A stretch of 64,000 nucleotides of DNA from positions 64,001-128,000 of the forward strand of contig CAWIYV010000001.1 of assembly GCA_963840455.1 (NCBI GenBank), given 5' to 3'. Position numbers and translations under genes: made by a program. The DNA is from Nitrospirota bacterium. Its GTDB lineage: Bacteria > Nitrospirota > UBA9217. The notes under the pieces were generated by a model that was not told where the DNA came from, did not search any database, and saw only the letters and a list, made by a program, of their open reading frames with translations. Positions 50,057 to 59,971 of the stretch are shown piece by piece (the first letter of the stretch is position 1; each line of letters begins with the position of its first letter).

Positions 50057-52495
50057 TCAACTTACTGTTACCAGGCCGAGCTTCCCCGCCCATTTGCGCC
50101 GTACCGCATCCCGTAGCGCCGGCGATGCCGCCAGTTCTGGGTCCGCCTTCGTCAGCTCGAAGGCCTCGGTCCGTGCCTTTTCCAGCAGATCGGCGTCGCG
50201 GAGGATGTTCGCGGCCCGGAGATCAGGCAAGCCCGACTGCCGGGTGCCGAAGAACTCCCCCGGCCCCCGGAGACGCAGGTCCTCCTCGGCGATAGCGAAG
50301 CCGTCGTTCGTCCGTACAAAAGCATTCAGCCGGTCCCGGGTCTCATCGACGAACATCCGCGGCCCCATCAGGACGCACAGGGACTGGTGTGTGCCCCTGC
50401 CCACCCTGCCCCGGAGCTGGTGGAGCTGGGCCAAGCCGAAGCGCTCCGGGTGTTCGATGACCATGACCGACGCGTTCGGCACGTCGACCCCCACCTCGAT
50501 GACCGTGGTAGAGACAAGAATATGGACAGCGCCGGACTTAAAGGCTGCCATGACCGCTTCCTTTTCAGCGCCTTTCATCCTGCCATGCAGGAGGCCGACC
50601 TTCCATTTGGAGAAAACATCCTTCTGAAGATGGGCAGCCATCTCGGTCGCCGCCTTGAGGTCGCTCTTCTCCGTCTCTTCGACCAGCGGATAGACCACGT
50701 ACACCTGCCGCCCTTTCGAGATCTCGCCCTCCAGGAGCTGGTAGGCCTCGAGCCGTTTGTTCTCGAAATAGAGCCGGGTGATGATGGGGCTCCTTCCGGG
50801 AGGCATTTCGTCGATCACCGACACATCAAGATCGCCGTAGACAGTGAGCGCGAGCGTCCGCGGGATGGGCGTGGCGGTCATGACGAGGACATCGGGTTCG
50901 TAGCCCTTGGACTTGAGCGTGGACCGCTGCATCACGCCAAACCGGTGCTGCTCATCGATGATGGCCAACCCGAGCTTGTGGAAGTGCACGTCCTGTTCCA
51001 GCAGCGCGTGCGTGCCGACCATGATCTGCGAGACGCCGGACGCGATGTCTGCCAGCACGGTCTCCTTCGCTTTCTTCCTCAGGCTGCCGGTCAGGAGGAC
51101 GACCGTGATTCCGAGAGGCACGGCAAGCGCGACAATGTTCCGGTAATGCTGTTCAGCGAGGATCTCCGTCGGCGCCATGAGACACGCCTGGTAGCCGTTC
51201 TCCACGGCCAGCAGGGACGCGACGAGGGCCACCACGGTCTTGCCGCACCCTACGTCGCCCTGTACCAGCCGGTTCATAGGGTGCTCTGATGCCATGTCCC
51301 GCTTGATCTCGGCAATGACCCGCTCCTGGGCGTTGGTCAGCGTGAACGGCAAGCCCTTCCTGAGGGCAGCCTCGAGCTTCACCGGCGGTTTGAACGATAT
51401 GCCCTTCTTCTCGAAGGTCACGCCCCGTTTCCTGAGCGCCAGGCCCAGTTCCAGGACAAAGAGCTCTTCGAAGCTCAGGCGCCGATGGGCAGCACTCATC
51501 CCCCGGTTCAGAATATTGATGTCCTTCTCGTGCTCGGGAAAGTGTACTTCGCGGACCGCATCAGCAGCCGGCAGCAGTCCGTATCTCTTCTCCAGCGCCG
51601 CGGGGAGCGGCTCCGGGACCGAGCCCGCAGCCCCGTCAACGATGCTCTTCATGATGCTGCGGAGCGCACGCGCGGACAGGCCTGCGGTGGTCCGGTAGAT
51701 CGGAACGGTCCTTCCGGTATGGATCAGCAGGCTTTCGGGGTCATCGTCATCCAGGACCTCATAATCGGGGTTGTCGATCTGCGGCCTTCCTCCCTTGTAA
51801 GAATTGGCCTTCACGATGCCTGACAGGATCACTTTCTGGCCCGTCTTGAAAGCCTTCTGCATGAAGGGCTGGTTGAACCACGAGCCGACCAGTACGCCGG
51901 TCCCGTCCTTGATGACCAGCTCGAAGACCTTGATCCACTTGCGCCGGGTCTGCACGACCTCCGCGGAGATCACTTCGCCGGAAACCGTTTCAAAGGCCCC
52001 ATAGGTGAGCCGTGCGATCTTTTTTAAATTTCCCCGGTCCTCGTATCGCCAGGGAAGATAGGACAGGGCGTCCTCGACCGTGGCGATACCCAGCTTTTTC
52101 ATGAGCTCCGCCCGCTTCGGACCAACGCCTTTGCAGTACTGGACCTGAGTGTCCAGGTGCAGGTTGGTCGTCTCGTTGGTGGACTTGCGGAGCCGTTCAG
52201 GCCCGTTATCCGGCCGCGTGGCGGCCTCGCGTCCGAATACATCGATGGCAGTAATCGCCTGCAGGATATGCGATCTCTTCATATCCGGGGTAAGAGCATC
52301 GAAGCCGCTGAATAGGTCCTCTAGGGCGGACATACCACGGCTGTCGCCTGACAGACGCCGTATTTCCCGGACTTGGGCGAGGACGAAAGGTTCGAGGTCG
52401 GTGAGGCTCTTCAGGTGGGCAAAATCATCACGGGAGGCATACCGGAGCGGCTTTTTGAGCCTTTCCAGGATGGTCTTGAGGTCGTCAGAACTCAT
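50057..52495 (-). CDS. recG: ATP-dependent DNA helicase RecG
   Basis: [53 protein letters not shown]. Confidence 0.97.
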   Translation of the reverse strand: MSSDDLKTILERLKKPLRYASRDDFAHLKSLTDLEPFVLAQVREIRRLSGDSRGMSALEDLFSGFDALTPDMKRSHILQAITAIDVFGREAATRPDNGPERLRKSTNETTNLHLDTQVQYCKGVGPKRAELMKKLGIATVEDALSYLPWRYEDRGNLKKIARLTYGAFETVSGEVISAEVVQTRRKWIKVFELVIKDGTGVLVGSWFNQPFMQKAFKTGQKVILSGIVKANSYKGGRPQIDNPDYEVLDDDDPESLLIHTGRTVPIYRTTAGLSARALRSIMKSIVDGAAGSVPEPLPAALEKRYGLLPAADAVREVHFPEHEKDINILNRGMSAAHRRLSFEELFVLELGLALRKRGVTFEKKGISFKPPVKLEAALRKGLPFTLTNAQERVIAEIKRDMASEHPMNRLVQGDVGCGKTVVALVASLLAVENGYQACLMAPTEILAEQHYRNIVALAVPLGITVVLLTGSLRKKAKETVLADIASGVSQIMVGTHALLEQDVHFHKLGLAIIDEQHRFGVMQRSTLKSKGYEPDVLVMTATPIPRTLALTVYGDLDVSVIDEMPPGRSPIITRLYFENKRLEAYQLLEGEISKGRQVYVVYPLVEETEKSDLKAATEMAAHLQKDVFSKWKVGLLHGRMKGAEKEAVMAAFKSGAVHILVSTTVIEVGVDVPNASVMVIEHPERFGLAQLHQLRGRVGRGTHQSLCVLMGPRMFVDETRDRLNAFVRTNDGFAIAEEDLRLRGPGEFFGTRQSGLPDLRAANILRDADLLEKARTEAFELTKADPELAASPALRDAVRRKWAGKLGLVTVS

Positions 52496-52598
52496 GAATT
52501 ATTAATTTTATTGAAATTTTCCTTGCATGCAATGTGATGTTATGGTAGCATACGCCTGCTTTTTAAGCAATCATTTTCCGGATCCAGGAGGACTCCCC

Positions 52599-52793
52599 GT
52601 GGCAGGTACATGTCAGATATGTGGCAAGGGCGCGCTGAGCGGCAACAAGGTGAGCCATGCGAACAATAGATCAAAGAAAATATCCAAGCCGAACCTTCAG
52701 AGCATCAAAGCGCTTGGCCCCAACGGCGCCCACGTCCGCATGCATGTCTGCACCCGCTGCATCCGCTCCGGCAAGGTCAAGAAGGTAAGCTAA
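52599..52793 (+). CDS. rpmB: 50S ribosomal protein L28 (zinc-binding form)
   Basis: GTG after AGGAGG; [17 protein letters not shown]...PNLQ...VCTRCIRSG. Confidence 0.95.
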   Translation: MAGTCQICGKGALSGNKVSHANNRSKKISKPNLQSIKALGPNGAHVRMHVCTRCIRSGKVKKVS

Positions 52794-52805
52794 CATCTTC
52801 CGCCG

Positions 52806-52835
52806 ACCGCGCCGCCGGGCCTCCGGCGGTGCGGT
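52806..52835 (+). terminator. GC-rich hairpin after rpmB
   Basis: ACCGCGCCGCCGG-gcct-CCGGCGGTGCGGT, 13-bp stem with one G-U pair and no U tract. Confidence 0.5.
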
Positions 52836-53019
52836 ATCCCATCGCCCTTTCCCGGGCAGCCTGCCGTACACGCAATTCCGACGATCTTTTACTTACCGCC
52901 TCACTTGTCCGCAGCCTGCATGATCGGCGAGAGCAGGCGGATCTGCCATTGTCCTGCAGCCGAGCAACAGACCGCGATAGGATGCATCCGCTGCGGTTGA
53001 CGATCGTCGAGGTATTGAT

Positions 53020-53430
53020 ATGGTGAAGGACAGAACAGGATCGTTCATATGTGCTGCGGTATTCCTTGCCGTACTGGCGACCGCCGGGCTCGCCGATGAG
53101 CCATTGAAGTGTGCTGAGTGCGGGATGCCGGTCGATGTGGCAGCACCCTTCTCTTCGAAGATCGTTGCGGGAGACCATACGCTGTATTTCTGTGATATCG
53201 GAGACCTGCTGGTGTACCTCAGGGAAAGGAAGACAGATCCAACGTACGCCCGGGTCAAGGATTACCGATCCGGAGAATGGATCGAGGCGGCAAAGGCATT
53301 CTATGTTCATGAACCAAGGCGGTTCATGACCCCCATGGGATGGGGAGTTGCCTCGTTCAAGAACAAGAAGGACGCCGAGGATTTCGGCGTACCTTCAGAC
53401 ATCACTGCTGTCTCCCGGCGGCTGAAATGA
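53020..53430 (+). CDS. NosL-family copper-binding exported protein
   Basis: Signal peptide, CAECGM, YFCDIGDL, WIEA.KAFYV, TPMGWG..SF. Confidence 0.85.
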   Translation: MVKDRTGSFICAAVFLAVLATAGLADEPLKCAECGMPVDVAAPFSSKIVAGDHTLYFCDIGDLLVYLRERKTDPTYARVKDYRSGEWIEAAKAFYVHEPRRFMTPMGWGVASFKNKKDAEDFGVPSDITAVSRRLK

Positions 53431-54062
53431 CCGATGACCGGCTGGCCATGCCTTACCGTTCACCAGGCCCCCTCTCACGCATCGGCAGGTTCACGTGTCC
53501 CCTGCTGCTGCTGTTCCTGCTTGCAGCATGCCAGACAACCCACCCAACCGTTTCGTCCGGGCAGCTTCCGTCTAAACATCCAAAACCGGCCATTAGTGGT
53601 CCTGACCTGGAAAAGAGGATCCATGCCATGATCAACCGGGAACGCGCAGCGCACGGCCTCTCCCCTCTGGCATGGGACGAGGCTCTTTCCCGTATCGCGC
53701 GTGGCCACAGCAAAGACATGGCGGGCCGCGGTTTTTTCAGCCACGACTCCCCTGAGGGCCGGGATTTCTTCTTCCGGTACCGACAGCAGGGCTATACTTG
53801 CGCGCTTCGCATCGGGAATACCATCCACACCGGCGCGGAGAACATCGCGCTCAACAGCCTGTACCGCTCGATCACCACGATCAATGGTGTCGCCTATCAT
53901 GACTGGAACACCGCGGAACAGATCGCGCTATCCACAGTCCAGGGATGGATGAACAGCCAGGGCCACCGCAACAACATCCTCACCCCTCACTGGCTGAACG
54001 AGGGCATCGGGGTCTTCATTTCGACCGATGACAAGGTGTACATCACCCAGAATTTTTGCTGA
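53427..54062 (+). CDS. CAP/SCP-domain lipoprotein
   Basis: Lipobox LAAC; INRER..HGL.PL, AR.HS.DMA..FFSH, AENIA, WMNS.GHR.NIL, TQNFC. Confidence 0.9.
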   Translation: MTDDRLAMPYRSPGPLSRIGRFTCPLLLLFLLAACQTTHPTVSSGQLPSKHPKPAISGPDLEKRIHAMINRERAAHGLSPLAWDEALSRIARGHSKDMAGRGFFSHDSPEGRDFFFRYRQQGYTCALRIGNTIHTGAENIALNSLYRSITTINGVAYHDWNTAEQIALSTVQGWMNSQGHRNNILTPHWLNEGIGVFISTDDKVYITQNFC

Positions 54063-54078
54063 CACTCGGACGCGTTCG

Positions 54079-54549
54079 CTAGCGCGTCGCTACCCGCGCC
54101 GGGTAGTCATCTCCGGTGATGTAGTTCTCCAGCTGATTGATCGTCGCTTCCTGGCTCCGCATGATGGAATTGACGACGTCGCCGATGCTCACGACGCCGA
54201 TGACCTGTCCGCCATCCAGCACCGGCAGATGCCGCACATGATTGTTGGTCATCAGCATCATGCATTCCTGCAGGTTCATTTCCGGAGAAGCGCAGATCGC
54301 CGGAGAGCTCATGAGTTCGCCCACGGTGGTCGACCGGGACGATTTCCCCTTCAGGATGACCTTCCTCGCGTAATCACGCTCGGAAAATATACCCACCAGC
54401 TGTCCCCCGTCCTCCATGACCAGCAGCGCTCCTACATCGTTGTCCGCCATGACCTCCAGCGCGGCGTACGCCGTTGCTCCCGGAGGCATGCCCAGATAAC
54501 CATGCCCTTTGGTGTTCAAGATGTCGTTTACCAACGTTGTCGTATACAT
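54079..54549 (-). CDS. Tandem CBS-domain protein
   Basis: VGALLV...GIFSERDYARK...RHLPV...GVVSIGDVV...LENYI; SD AAGGAGG. Confidence 0.93.
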   Translation of the reverse strand: MYTTTLVNDILNTKGHGYLGMPPGATAYAALEVMADNDVGALLVMEDGGQLVGIFSERDYARKVILKGKSSRSTTVGELMSSPAICASPEMNLQECMMLMTNNHVRHLPVLDGGQVIGVVSIGDVVNSIMRSQEATINQLENYITGDDYPARVATR

Positions 54550-54601
54550 ATTGTACCCCTCCTTCCCTTGAGATAGGTTCGGACGCGAACGTGCAACAAG
54601 C

Positions 54602-54644
54602 AAAAAGCCGGACATACCGAAAGTGATTCCTTCGGCAGCCCGGC
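54602..54644 (-). terminator. Intrinsic terminator forming the riboswitch expression platform
   Basis: Minus strand AGCCGGGCTGCCGAAGG-aatcac-TTTCGGTATGTCCGGC-TTTTT; its 5' arm is the 3' strand of the aptamer. Confidence 0.8.
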
Positions 54645-54709
54645 TGTCTTTTCCAAAGACCCGTTGCTTTCCGCGCCCTCTTCACAGAGGGTTTGGCTTT
54701 ATCGGGAAT
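54626..54709 (-). ncRNA. GEMM-I cyclic dinucleotide riboswitch (c-di-GMP-I class)
   Basis: Minus strand ATTCCCGATAAAGCCAAACCCTCT-GTGA-AGAGGGCGCGGAAAGCAACGGGTCTTTGGAAAAGACAGCCGGGCTGCCGAAGGAAT shows P1, the AAACC stem with a GNRA loop, the GAAAGC junction and the GGGTCT...GACAGCCGGG.TGCCGA P3 arm. Confidence 0.9.
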
Positions 54710-54912
54710 GATCCATGACTATTCTTCTCTTGGTATGTACATAACACGCGCATTCCCTGCTGTCAAATTGATGTTTTGATTGACAGAAGACCTCAATTCA
54801 TTACTTGAGCGCGCCATGGGAAGAACGGTAACAAAGACGATCGGCTGGAAGATCACGGTGTGAGGCAATCGATGCGATTGCTCGCCCAATGGGACAAGGC
54901 TATCCCGTCCAT

Positions 54913-55950
54913 CTACTGTTTGAGCAGGAAGAACTCCGCAACATACAGCAATAACAGGATAAACCATCCTGCAAGAATGACAAATTCTATGGTTGCACGG
55001 TAGGAAATGCTGAAGTTCTCCGTCGCCATAGTATAGACGTCCTCGAGCATGTCCAGCTTTTCCTTGATGTCCGCCGCCCAGGCATCGAGATGGAATTTCC
55101 TTGCAATGACCGAATACAGCTTTGCCGAGTACCAATCCCCGATGAGCTTGATATTATGTTCGATGGTCTCTGATTCCAGGATGGACTGTGTCCGCATCTC
55201 GATGATCTCCTTCAATATCCTGCGGATGTCACGGGTCCTGATCAAGGGAAGCTTTTTCGGGGTCCTGAGAAGATTGAGGGTCTTTTCCAGCCTTCGATCG
55301 AGATCATCGGCGAGGATCCTCGACCGGAGCAGCTGGAGATTTGCTATCTCGAAAAGTTCAATATTGCTCTTGAAGTCCCCTGCCGCGTCAAAGATGAAAG
55401 CCCCGTCCCAGTCCACGATCGTAATATCATCCTTGCCGTATTTCAGATGGGTGGCGAGCGTTGCGGAGACCTCTTCCTCATCAAGAGGCTCGTTCTCATT
55501 CTTGAGGAACGCCACGATCTTCTCGCTGAAGAGGGAAAGATAGACCTCCGGATCGCCCTGATACCCGGAGATGCAATAGACGCTGTATTCTTCATCGAAA
55601 TCCCTATTGCAGACGTATTCCGCAAGTATCTTGCGGCATTCTGTCACAAGCCTTCTCTTGAACTCCAAGGTAGAATCCGCGAGGATATCAGCCACGCTCA
55701 CCGATGCCTCGACAACAAGGACATCGGGCAGATAGGCCTTGACCAGAAACCCCACTTCTTGTCCATCCACATTTCGCGATTCCTGCTTGATCACCTTCTG
55801 TTTCGGTATCACATCAGGATAGCTCGGCGCACTCCTGATCGCCTTGATCTCAACGACCTCGCTCGCCTCCAGGTTCATGCAGGTCTGTCCGATCATAAAA
55901 ACGACAACAGAGCCAGGTATCTCTTGTATTTCGCTCACAGGATTTTCCAT
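54913..55950 (-). CDS. Conserved hypothetical protein, RMD1/CorA-like architecture with one C-terminal TM
   Basis: Y..DD..IVDWDGAFIFD, EIANLQLL, IGDWY.AKLY, FHL..W, KL..L..VY and a terminal hydrophobic helix. Confidence 0.65.
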   Translation of the reverse strand: MENPVSEIQEIPGSVVVFMIGQTCMNLEASEVVEIKAIRSAPSYPDVIPKQKVIKQESRNVDGQEVGFLVKAYLPDVLVVEASVSVADILADSTLEFKRRLVTECRKILAEYVCNRDFDEEYSVYCISGYQGDPEVYLSLFSEKIVAFLKNENEPLDEEEVSATLATHLKYGKDDITIVDWDGAFIFDAAGDFKSNIELFEIANLQLLRSRILADDLDRRLEKTLNLLRTPKKLPLIRTRDIRRILKEIIEMRTQSILESETIEHNIKLIGDWYSAKLYSVIARKFHLDAWAADIKEKLDMLEDVYTMATENFSISYRATIEFVILAGWFILLLLYVAEFFLLKQ

Positions 55951-55957
55951 GAATGCG

Positions 55958-56488
55958 TTACCGGTCCTTATTGGGCACTTCAGCTGAATACGGGAATTCC
56001 CCGGCACCGAAGGCCTGGATGCTGAATATGATCAGCGAGATGATCCCCCATCCCAGTCCGAGGACCACACCGGCGTCAATGATCCCCCTCCAGGGTTGTG
56101 AAACGAAACTGACCATGACGATAAGAACGATGATGCCCAGCGTAAGGGATATGGACGTGATCTTCCTGCGCTTTGTTGCATGGAAATACCCCATGCAGAA
56201 GAACGGCGCCAGAATGACATGATCGATGCGGGGATTCTGCCGCAGATGGCGCGCCCGCGCTGCGGTGCGCGGGGAAAAGGCCTTCTGGAAACCCTTGTAG
56301 CCTTCGGCATAGGCCATGCCGAGGACGACGACGACCAGTGATGCCCAGTGGTACCAGGCGAAAGGATGGGTAAAGGCGTCAACAGCCTTCGGCCAGAGCC
56401 TAAAACAGGCGCTCAGAAGCAGCGCCAGGACCCCTCCCAGCCCCCAGAGGGCTCCCAGGATCCCGAGGATCGTCGATCTTTTTTCCAT
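55958..56488 (-). CDS. Hypothetical 4-TM membrane protein
   Basis: MAYAEGYKGFQKAFSPR..AR, LAPFFCMG.FHA, QPWRGIIDAGVV.GL; 7-nt gap to the next gene. Confidence 0.75.
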   Translation of the reverse strand: MEKRSTILGILGALWGLGGVLALLLSACFRLWPKAVDAFTHPFAWYHWASLVVVVLGMAYAEGYKGFQKAFSPRTAARARHLRQNPRIDHVILAPFFCMGYFHATKRRKITSISLTLGIIVLIVMVSFVSQPWRGIIDAGVVLGLGWGIISLIIFSIQAFGAGEFPYSAEVPNKDR

Positions 56489-56545
56489 AGGATATTCCCG
56501 TGCCTTTCTCTCATGCAGTTACTACGCGACAGCAGCGCCTGTTGT

Positions 56546-57850
56546 CTAATGCCCCATCAAGATCGAGCCGCCGGTGAAGAATGTCCCTGCAACCGCCGCT
56601 ATCATAAGGCACGCAAGCGTTGCTGCAGCAAGCGATCGGAATCCGACCCGGGCAAGGTCGCCGGTCCGCGATGGCGCCAGCGCAGCGGTCCCTCCCACAA
56701 AGATCGCCACGGAAGGGATATGTGCGAATCCACAGAGCGCATATGCTGCGATCAGCGCTGAGCGGGGATCGTGGATCTGGCCGGCCGCAAGCGCTGCTGC
56801 CAGGTCCTGATAGGACTTCACCTCGGTCAGGATCGCCCGTTCTCCTATCAGCCGCGCCACGACAGCCGCATCAGAAGGCGGGACGCCGATGATGAGCGCA
56901 AAGGGATAGAACAGGTAGCCGAGCAGGCCCCGCAGCGTCCAGTCCACGTGGGTGCCAAGGAGCGCGTTGATCTGCCCGCCGATGCCCGAGACGATCATAT
57001 CGAGCAGCGCGACCAGGCCCAGGAGCGCGAGCAGCAGGGCGATGATGCCGAGGACCAGCTTGAACCCTGCGTCAGCCCCGTTGATGATCGCCTCCATCAG
57101 GGTGGACTCCTTCTGATAGTGGGGATGCAGGTCCACGCCGAGGGTCTCCGGTCTCCCTGTCTCGGGAAGCATGAGCTTTGACATGACGATCGCTGCCGGC
57201 GCGCCGATGATCGACGCGGAGACAAGGTGCCCCGCGATGGTGGGGAACTGCCGCTGCAGGATGAAGACATACAGCGCCATGACGCTCGACGCGATGGTGG
57301 CCATGCCGCCGGTCAGGATGGTGCAGAGCTCCGACTGCGTCATCGTAGCAAGGTGCGGCCGGATGACCGTGGCCGACTCGACGCCAACGAAGATGTTCGC
57401 CGCAGTGGAAAGGGACTCCGCTCCGCTGATCCGCATGAGCTTCGTGAATGCCCGGGAGAAGATGCGCACAAGCCAGGGCAGCACCCCGATATAGTACAGG
57501 ACCGCCATGAGGCTCGCGAAGAACACCACCGTGGGCAGCGCCTGGATGGCGAGAATAAAGCCGAGGGACTCCTCGCCCATCTCGTTCTTCATGCCGGGGG
57601 GAAGAGCAAGCCTTCCGAACAGGAATTTCGTTCCCGCCGTGGCGCTCTCGAGCACCTTGTCAACCGAGGCATTGATGACCAGAAAGACCTTGGTGCCCGC
57701 CGGGACCAGGAAAATGACCGCTGCGAACAGAAGCTGGAGCGCCGTCCCCCAGACCACGACCCGCCAGTTCACGACCTTCCGGTCCGTGGACAGCGCCCAG
57801 GCGACCGCCATCAGTACAAAGATCCCGCTGAAGCTGATGAGATTATACAT
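56546..57850 (-). CDS. CNT/NupC family nucleoside transporter
   Basis: VNWR.V, LPTVVFF, SGAES...ANIFVG, GGMATIA, YALCGFA. Confidence 0.92.
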   Translation of the reverse strand: MYNLISFSGIFVLMAVAWALSTDRKVVNWRVVVWGTALQLLFAAVIFLVPAGTKVFLVINASVDKVLESATAGTKFLFGRLALPPGMKNEMGEESLGFILAIQALPTVVFFASLMAVLYYIGVLPWLVRIFSRAFTKLMRISGAESLSTAANIFVGVESATVIRPHLATMTQSELCTILTGGMATIASSVMALYVFILQRQFPTIAGHLVSASIIGAPAAIVMSKLMLPETGRPETLGVDLHPHYQKESTLMEAIINGADAGFKLVLGIIALLLALLGLVALLDMIVSGIGGQINALLGTHVDWTLRGLLGYLFYPFALIIGVPPSDAAVVARLIGERAILTEVKSYQDLAAALAAGQIHDPRSALIAAYALCGFAHIPSVAIFVGGTAALAPSRTGDLARVGFRSLAAATLACLMIAAVAGTFFTGGSILMGH

Positions 57851-57899
57851 CCTGGTCCTATCCCCTTCGCAAAACCGTAGAGAACAACAGCGCGATCGG

Positions 57900-58904
57900 T
57901 CAGCAGATCCGGGGCAGCATCTCCCCTGGAAGCATGTCCAGGATGCGGCTGCCGCCGATGGCTGTCTCGAGCAGCACCATGCCGGGGGCAGACCGGTCGA
58001 CGGTCCCAATGACCGCGGCGTTCCTGCCGTGCTCATGCGCCCGCATCGCGGTCACGATCCTGTCAGCATCACCGGGGTCCACAACGGCTGCCAGGATGCC
58101 TTCGTTCGCCACATAGAGCGGGTCCAGACCCAGCAGGCTGCACGCTCCTGTAACCGGCGGCGGAACGGGAAGTGACCGTTCGCGAATGCGGATGCAGAGG
58201 TCCGACTCCAGAGCCGCCTCTTTCAGCGTCGTGGCAAGGCCTCCCCGCGTAGGGTCTCGCATGAACCGGATCTTTCCAGTCGCCCGGTACATGGTCCTGA
58301 CCAGGCCGTTCAGCGGCCGGGTGTCGCTCACGACGGCGGGTTCGAAGGTCAGTCCGTTCCGTTCGGCAAGGATCGCGACGCCGTGGTTCCCGAGCTCGCC
58401 GCTGATGATGACCGCATCGCCATCCCGGATGTTCTTCGGAGAGATGTCGATGCCGTCTTTCAGAACACCGATCCCCGAGGTGTTGATGAACACACCATCC
58501 GCCTTTCCCTTGTTCACGACCTTGGTGTCGCCGGCCACGATCGTCACCCCCGCACGTTTTGCAGCGGACGCCATGCTTGCGATGATCCTCTTGAGGTCCG
58601 CCATCGGGAAGCCTTCCTCGATGATGAACCCTGCGGTGAGGTACAGAGGCTCTGCACCTGCCACGGACAGGTCGTTCACCGTTCCGCAGACCGCGAGGTC
58701 GCCGATATTGCCGCCGGGAAAGAACAAGGGTGAGACGACATAGGAATCGGTCGTAAAGGCAAGGCGCTTCGAGCGGACGGCCACGACCGCGGAATCACCG
58801 GCACCTGCATTCCCGAAGGCGGGATTAAAATGTTCCTGGATAAGGGCATGCATCAGTTTTCCGCCGCTGCCATGTCCCAGGAGGATCTTGTCCATGGTCG
58901 CCAT
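57900..58904 (-). CDS. hypE: Hydrogenase maturation protein HypE
   Basis: HGSGG, TTDSYVVSPLFFPGG, GDTKVV, RDPTRGG, C-terminal LPRIC. Confidence 0.97.
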   Translation of the reverse strand: MATMDKILLGHGSGGKLMHALIQEHFNPAFGNAGAGDSAVVAVRSKRLAFTTDSYVVSPLFFPGGNIGDLAVCGTVNDLSVAGAEPLYLTAGFIIEEGFPMADLKRIIASMASAAKRAGVTIVAGDTKVVNKGKADGVFINTSGIGVLKDGIDISPKNIRDGDAVIISGELGNHGVAILAERNGLTFEPAVVSDTRPLNGLVRTMYRATGKIRFMRDPTRGGLATTLKEAALESDLCIRIRERSLPVPPPVTGACSLLGLDPLYVANEGILAAVVDPGDADRIVTAMRAHEHGRNAAVIGTVDRSAPGMVLLETAIGGSRILDMLPGEMLPRIC

Positions 58905-58912
58905 CGTACTCC

Positions 58913-59971
58913 TTACCGGTGCCCGTATTTATAATATGCCGCGCAGCTGCCTTCCGTGCTCACCATGCAGGGGCCTACGGGGCCGTCAGGCGTGCAGCCG
59001 GTGCCGAAGAGCGGGCATTCCGTCGGTACCTTGACCCCCCGCAGGATATCGCCGCAGGAGCACAGTTCCGGCTCGGCGATGCCCGTGGACTCGGGGCGGA
59101 AGCGAGCTTCCGCATCGAACTCCCGGTACTTCTCTCTCAACTTCAGGCCGGTTCCCGGCAGGACGCCGATCCCGCGCCAATAGGCGTCGGAAGGTTCAAA
59201 TATGTCGTTCAGGATCTCGACGGCCCGGGGATTCCCTTCCGGCCTGACAACCGTAGGATAGGCATTCTCCACCTTCGCCTCCCCTTTGGCGATCTGACGG
59301 ACGATCATCAGGATCCCCTCGATTATTTCGCCAGCCTCGAAACCGGTCACGACCGCGGGCTTTCGATAGTCCTTCGCGACGAATTCGTAGGGCGCGAGGC
59401 CTATGATCGTGCTTACGTGTCCCGGAAGAATGAAGCCGTCCACGCGTACGTCGGGGGCATCGAGGAGCGCCTTGAGGGCGAGCGGAACGGTCTTGTGCGA
59501 TGATAGGATGGTGAAATTCTTCACCATTTTTTTGAATGCGGCAAAGACAGTGCCGGCAATGAGCGGAGACGTCGTCTCGAACCCGGTGGCAAAAAAAACG
59601 ACCTGCTTCGAACCACTCTCCTGTGCAAGCGTCAAGGCTTCCATGGGCGAGTACATCACCCGGACGTCAGCGCCTTCTGATCGCGCTTCCAGGAGCGACT
59701 GTTTTCCGCCCGGCACCCGCATCATGTCCCCGAAGGTCACCAGGACCGTGTTCGGCTGTTTCGCGATCGAGATCGCCGCGTCGACGTCCCGGATGGACGT
59801 CACACAGACCGGGCATCCGGGGCCGCTCAAGAGCGTTATCGTGTTCGGAATGATCGAACGTATCCCGTGGCGGAATATCTCGACCGTATGGGTCCCGCAG
59901 ACCTCCATGAGCTTGAGCGGCCTTTGGATCGTTCCTGTCAGATGATGGAGCTCGTCGATCATCTGTTTCAT
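58913..59971 (-). CDS. hypD: Hydrogenase maturation protein HypD
   Basis: MEVCGTHT, GPGCPVC, GFETT, PGHVS, CPLFG.GCTP..PVGPCMVS.EGSC. Confidence 0.97.
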   Translation of the reverse strand: MKQMIDELHHLTGTIQRPLKLMEVCGTHTVEIFRHGIRSIIPNTITLLSGPGCPVCVTSIRDVDAAISIAKQPNTVLVTFGDMMRVPGGKQSLLEARSEGADVRVMYSPMEALTLAQESGSKQVVFFATGFETTSPLIAGTVFAAFKKMVKNFTILSSHKTVPLALKALLDAPDVRVDGFILPGHVSTIIGLAPYEFVAKDYRKPAVVTGFEAGEIIEGILMIVRQIAKGEAKVENAYPTVVRPEGNPRAVEILNDIFEPSDAYWRGIGVLPGTGLKLREKYREFDAEARFRPESTGIAEPELCSCGDILRGVKVPTECPLFGTGCTPDGPVGPCMVSTEGSCAAYYKYGHR

